A stretch of 64,000 nt of DNA, from positions 3,168,001 through 3,232,000 of the forward strand of contig OZ254086.1 of NCBI GenBank assembly GCA_965267575.1, in the 5' to 3' direction. Each line of letters opens with the position of its first letter. Position 1 is the first letter of the stretch. A model generated the notes under the pieces. It was not told where the DNA came from. It searched no databases and worked only from the letters and a program-made list of their open reading frames with translations. The DNA comes from Calditrichales bacterium (lineage in GTDB: Bacteria > Calditrichota > Calditrichia > Calditrichales > J004). This document shows, one piece after another, positions 59,938-64,000 of the stretch. The translations under genes were made by a program, and so were the position numbers.

Positions 59938-60816
59938 ATGTACTACCTTATTATTGTCTCCGTTATCTGGGCTTTTTCGTTTGGACTCATCAAGGGTCAG
60001 CTTGCCGACCTCGATACGCATTTTGTCTCTTTTGCGCGATTGTTTTTGTCCCTCGTGTTCTTTCTTCCTTTTCTGCGCCTCAGTCTGATCAGGCAAAAAG
60101 GCCTGGAAAAATTGTTGCTTATCGGTGTGGTGCAGTTCGGTTTGATGTACATTCTTTACATTAACGCCTATCCCTTTTTGCAGGCCTGGCAAATTGCTTT
60201 GTTTACGATTCTTACACCGCTTTATGTTGCTCTTATCGCCGATCTGCTGGAGCGTCGCTTCCGTCCGCGTTACCTGCTGGCGGCTTTGCTGGCTATTGCC
60301 GGCGCCGCCATCCTGGTTTTTCGCGAGTGGCAGCATACACAGATGTTTACAGGCTTTTTACTGGTGCAGGCTTCCAATATCTGCTTCGCCTTCGGACAGA
60401 TCTATTATAAGCGCGTCCGGCCCTTATTTGGAATGTTTAAAGACAAAGAGCTGTTTGTCTTTTTGTATGCAGGTGCGGTTTTGATCGCCGGCCTCAATAG
60501 CGCCCTGATGACACCCTGGACTGACATCGATCTGAAAGCCAATCACATATATACGTTATTTTATCTGGGGATAATCGCATCCGGTCTCTGCTTTTTTCTG
60601 TGGAATTTGGGTGCTACAAAAACCAACGCCGGCGTTTTGGCCGTAATGAACAATCTTAAAATACCTCTTGGCGTTCTGTTTGCTTTATTGTTCTTTGGCG
60701 AGTCGGCCGACCTGCTGCGTTTACTGTTCGGCTCTTTGTTAATGCTGGGAGCGTTGGCTGTCGCCTATGCCTGGCCGGTAAGGATGAAGCGTTCATCACA
60801 AACAGAACCTTTGTAA
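59938..60816 (+). CDS. EamA/DMT transporter, YigM (biotin transporter)-like
   Basis: IWAFSFGLI N-terminus, QFGLMY, FLWNLGA, MNNLKIP; about 10 TM helices. Confidence 0.8.
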   Translation: MYYLIIVSVIWAFSFGLIKGQLADLDTHFVSFARLFLSLVFFLPFLRLSLIRQKGLEKLLLIGVVQFGLMYILYINAYPFLQAWQIALFTILTPLYVALIADLLERRFRPRYLLAALLAIAGAAILVFREWQHTQMFTGFLLVQASNICFAFGQIYYKRVRPLFGMFKDKELFVFLYAGAVLIAGLNSALMTPWTDIDLKANHIYTLFYLGIIASGLCFFLWNLGATKTNAGVLAVMNNLKIPLGVLFALLFFGESADLLRLLFGSLLMLGALAVAYAWPVRMKRSSQTEPL

Positions 60817-60967
60817 AATCATGCATAGAAATAGTAAAAACGCGTGACCAAATTGTGAGATAAAATGCGTCTTTTAACTGCATGCAAAATACACGTACAC
60901 CAATGAAAAAATTATCTCATTCTAACGTGCTGTATCAATAAGTGAATAAACATACAGGAAAATACCC

Positions 60968-61942
60968 ATGTCCGCTTCTGTATCCAGCAAACAAAACGAG
61001 GTAACCCGAAAAGCCGGTATCGTAGGCATGTACCAGGAAGTGCTGAAGGGGCTGTCCAAAAGTCGCAAAGAGTTGCCCTCCAAATATTTTTATGATGAGC
61101 GCGGTTCGCGCCTGTTTGATGAGATTACCCGTTTGGAGGAGTATTACCCCACCCGCACTGAAACAGAGATCATGCGCCAAAATATGGATGATATGTCCCG
61201 TCATATAGGTAAAGATGTAATGATGATAGAATACGGCAGCGGCAGCAGCGAAAAAACGAAGATTCTGCTGGATCACATTAAGGGGATTGTTGTCTATGTG
61301 CCCATAGATATTTCCTGCCGCTATCTGGCACACACGGCATCGCGGCTGGCAGCAGCCTACCCGCGCCTGGAAGTAAAACCACTCTGCGCCGATTATACGC
61401 TTGATTTTACGTTGCCCGACGCCGGACGCCCCATTTCGCGAAAAATCGTGTTTTATCCCGGTAGCACCATCGGCAATTTCCACCCCGATGAGGCAGTGGC
61501 CTTCCTGAAGCATATTGCAGAAGTTTGCGGAGAAAAGGGCGGCGCGCTGGTCGGCGTTGATCTGAAAAAAGACCCGGCTATTCTGAACGATGCCTATAAT
61601 GACAAAAAGGGCATCACGGCGGAGTTTAACATGAACCAGCTTGTACGCCTGAACCGTGAACTGGGCAGCGATTTTGACCTGGAGGCTTTTGAACATAGGG
61701 CCTTTTACAATGACAAAGAGGGCCGGGTGGAGATGCACATCGTTAGTAAGGCCAACCAGGAAGTAACCATCAACGGCACTGTCATTCCGTTTGAAAAAGG
61801 CGAAACAATCTGGACCGAGTCGTCTTATAAATACACACCTCAGGAATTTGCCGGGCTGGCCGCCAAAGCCGGCTTCGATATCGAAAAGATCTGGACAGAC
61901 AAAAACGAGCTTTTCAGCGTTCAGTTCTTAACTGTCCAGTAA
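60968..61942 (+). CDS. egtD: L-histidine N-alpha-methyltransferase EgtD
   Basis: KYFYDERGS.LF, EYYPTRTE, EYGSG, GSTIGNF, AYND, TESSYKY. Confidence 0.92.
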   Translation: MSASVSSKQNEVTRKAGIVGMYQEVLKGLSKSRKELPSKYFYDERGSRLFDEITRLEEYYPTRTETEIMRQNMDDMSRHIGKDVMMIEYGSGSSEKTKILLDHIKGIVVYVPIDISCRYLAHTASRLAAAYPRLEVKPLCADYTLDFTLPDAGRPISRKIVFYPGSTIGNFHPDEAVAFLKHIAEVCGEKGGALVGVDLKKDPAILNDAYNDKKGITAEFNMNQLVRLNRELGSDFDLEAFEHRAFYNDKEGRVEMHIVSKANQEVTINGTVIPFEKGETIWTESSYKYTPQEFAGLAAKAGFDIEKIWTDKNELFSVQFLTVQ

Positions 61943-62014
61943 GCGGATAATTGGCGTCGCGTTGTTCAAGGAAGTTTCAAAAGGTTATTGTGATAAATTT
62001 ATTTTTATAAAGAG

Positions 62015-62043
62015 AGGCCGCGCTGTATATTGCGGCCTTTTTT
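62015..62043 (+). terminator. Intrinsic terminator after egtD
   Basis: AGGCCGC-loop-GCGGCCT followed by a T-run. Confidence 0.7.
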
Positions 62044-62063
62044 GTGCCAAAAGTAGCTGATAT

Positions 62064-62414
62064 ATGATAAAAAACGCGTTGAATCTTACTAACCTTCAAG
62101 CCTGGACAGTACTGTTTTTTGCCGGTCTTTTCGAAATTGCCTGGGCTCTTGGCTTGCGCTATACGCAGGGATTTACCCGGCTTGGCCCTTCGGTTTACAC
62201 CCTACTCACCATGGCTGTAAGTGTGTTTCTGCTATCTTGGGCCGTGCGCTTTCTGCCTGTGGGGACTGCCTACGCCGTATGGACCGGCATCGGCGCCATC
62301 GGTACCGCTATTGGCGGCGTCCTTTTATTTGACGAATCTGCCGACCTGTGGCGCGTTTTCAGCATCTTGCTCATTGTAGCTGGCATTATTGGGCTAAAAT
62401 TGGTAAGCCGGTGA
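62064..62414 (+). CDS. SMR-family exporter (SugE/Gdx-like)
   Basis: [27 protein letters not shown]. Confidence 0.88.
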   Translation: MIKNALNLTNLQAWTVLFFAGLFEIAWALGLRYTQGFTRLGPSVYTLLTMAVSVFLLSWAVRFLPVGTAYAVWTGIGAIGTAIGGVLLFDESADLWRVFSILLIVAGIIGLKLVSR

Positions 62415-62475
62415 AACTTTCTTGCGGCTTATTGCGAATGACTTTTTTTCACCTTTACTCACGGAGGATTTGCTC

Positions 62476-64000
62476 ATGCATCGATTGATGTATTTGGTTG
62501 TTTTTGTTTTTTGTCTTTTTGGGATATCCACAGCACAGAACGTGGAATTGCTGGCGAATTTTAATGAGCGTTCATATAACGATGTGTGGGGCTATGAAGC
62601 GCCCGATGGTCGTTATTACGCTATTGGTGGTGCCTTCAGCGGTGCGTCGGTTCTCGATGTGACGGACGCCGCCGAGGGAACGATCAATGAGGTAGCCTAT
62701 TTTGAAGGCCCTGCTTCCACCTGGCGCGATATCAAAGTATATAAGCACTATGCTTACCTCGTGAATGATGCCGGTGAGGGGCAGTTGATGATTATCGATC
62801 TCTCCGGAGCTCCGGATAATGTGTCGCTGGTTTCGCAAGACGCGATCGGCAATTACCACAATCTTTACATAGATACGACCACGGCATTGATGTACCTGGC
62901 GAATGCCAGTGGCAGCGGCGAGACGATTATTATGTCACTGGAAGACCCTGAAAACCCTGTGTATGTGAACGAATTTGGCACAGAGACGCATGATGTTTTT
63001 GTGCGAGACGGACTTGCCTTTACCGCCGAAGGACGCAAACGCACGGTCGGCATTTATGATGTTTCCAACCCGCAATCCGTAACAGAGGTGACAAAGCTGC
63101 CCATCCCGGACCCGGGCTACGTGCACAACACCTGGACAAATTCCAATAACACAATTCTTGTAACCACAGAGGAAACCTCCTACAAAACCATCAAGATTTG
63201 GGATATCAGCGATCTGGAAAACATAGAGCTGCTTTCGGAACACATTGGTCCCAGCTACCTGGCTCACAATGCCCACATTGAAGGCGATTTCGTTTATGTA
63301 TCGCATTATAGCGCCGGACTGGTCGTTATTGATATCACCGATCCTGACCGAAGCGGTATCGTAGGGCTTTATGATACTTTTCCCGCCCACAACACTCCCG
63401 GTTTTTCCGGCAACTGGGGCGTTTATCCGCACAGCACATCGGGCAATATCTACCTCAGTGACGGCAGCACAGGTATGCACGTCGTAAAGTTTAACGGGCA
63501 GCGCATTCACTATTTCTCCGGAAAAATGGAGAACGCGGCTAACCAGGATCCCATTGCCGGCGGCCGCATTGATGTGGGGGAGACCCAGCAGGTTTTTTAT
63601 AGCGACTTTGACGGCAGCTATGGTTTTGGCTACGGTCTGGCCGATTCCGTTTTCTTTACGGCCGGGGCTTTTGGTTACTTGCCCATGGACTTTAAAAAGG
63701 AAATTATAAGCGGGAAGGATGAGGAACTGACCATCTCGCTGACACCGTCCCCGCTCAGCGATCTTACCGGTATCATACGCAATGAAAACGGAGACCCTAT
63801 AGCCAACGCCCGCGTCAGGGTTACGGTAACCAGTCATTACCTGGAAGCAAACCTCACCTATGAAACATACAGCGATGAAAACGGTGAGTACGTTTTCGAA
63901 GACCTGCCCGTAAGCAATGGACGCAGCGCAGCTTATATTGATCTGATAGTAGATCAGGCCTATCCGTATAGCTCTTTTACTCAAAGTTCGATAGACGTGC
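62476..64000 (+). CDS. Secreted choice-of-anchor-B/LVIVD-repeat protein, truncated by the window end
   Basis: GGAGG RBS; MHRLMYL signal peptide, YNDVWGY, WRDIKVY, HNTW, WGVYP; absent from the ORF track because there is no stop in the window. Confidence 0.8.
   Translation, partial: MHRLMYLVVFVFCLFGISTAQNVELLANFNERSYNDVWGYEAPDGRYYAIGGAFSGASVLDVTDAAEGTINEVAYFEGPASTWRDIKVYKHYAYLVNDAGEGQLMIIDLSGAPDNVSLVSQDAIGNYHNLYIDTTTALMYLANASGSGETIIMSLEDPENPVYVNEFGTETHDVFVRDGLAFTAEGRKRTVGIYDVSNPQSVTEVTKLPIPDPGYVHNTWTNSNNTILVTTEETSYKTIKIWDISDLENIELLSEHIGPSYLAHNAHIEGDFVYVSHYSAGLVVIDITDPDRSGIVGLYDTFPAHNTPGFSGNWGVYPHSTSGNIYLSDGSTGMHVVKFNGQRIHYFSGKMENAANQDPIAGGRIDVGETQQVFYSDFDGSYGFGYGLADSVFFTAGAFGYLPMDFKKEIISGKDEELTISLTPSPLSDLTGIIRNENGDPIANARVRVTVTSHYLEANLTYETYSDENGEYVFEDLPVSNGRSAAYIDLIVDQAYPYSSFTQSSIDV

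Noticed and set aside
61943..62063. Guanidine riboswitch upstream of the SugE/Gdx-like gene
   Set aside because: No paired ACGR-loop hairpins or other guanidine aptamer motif recognised; only a terminator
62935..63984. 349-aa minus-strand ORF
   Set aside because: Antisense shadow of the plus-strand secreted protein starting at 62476

Overview
Bacterial chromosomal window. Secreted proteins with YPNP...K C-terminal Ig/T9SS-like tails, a TonB receptor and a choice-of-anchor-B-like protein suggest an FCB-type diderm such as KSB1 or Calditrichota (inference only). Contents in order: (1) 1-10 kb, the end of a group 3b-type [NiFe]-hydrogenase operon with maturation protease, hypABFCDE and a Ni transporter; (2) 10-14 kb, an AT-rich islet with a HEPN-motif protein, an orphan HigA, a NACHT NTPase and a translationally coupled pilin-like ORF (candidate defence locus); (3) 14-26 kb, transporter, hydrolases, a hybrid kinase, and an unusual beta-propeller sensor fused to a CheW-less CheA-type kinase with a CheY partner; (4) 26-36 kb, a tightly packed operon (membrane-fused SpeE, GGFG-tailed exported protein, DUF350, unknown protein, K+ channel, YjfI/CesT-like protein, RluA, PspA) followed by a methyltransferase, a Cys/Met PLP enzyme and SpeD, the best candidate for an uncharacterised polyamine-linked envelope-stress system; (5) 36-64 kb, higBA, an ECF sigma/anti-sigma/HEAT-repeat operon, secreted CotH and PQQ/di-haem proteins, a peptidase, transporters and egtD. 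Several spacers hold modular micro-repeat arrays and REP-like palindromes. No rRNA, tRNA, CRISPR array, integrase or transposase was recognised. All calls come from reading motifs by eye; no database searches were run.
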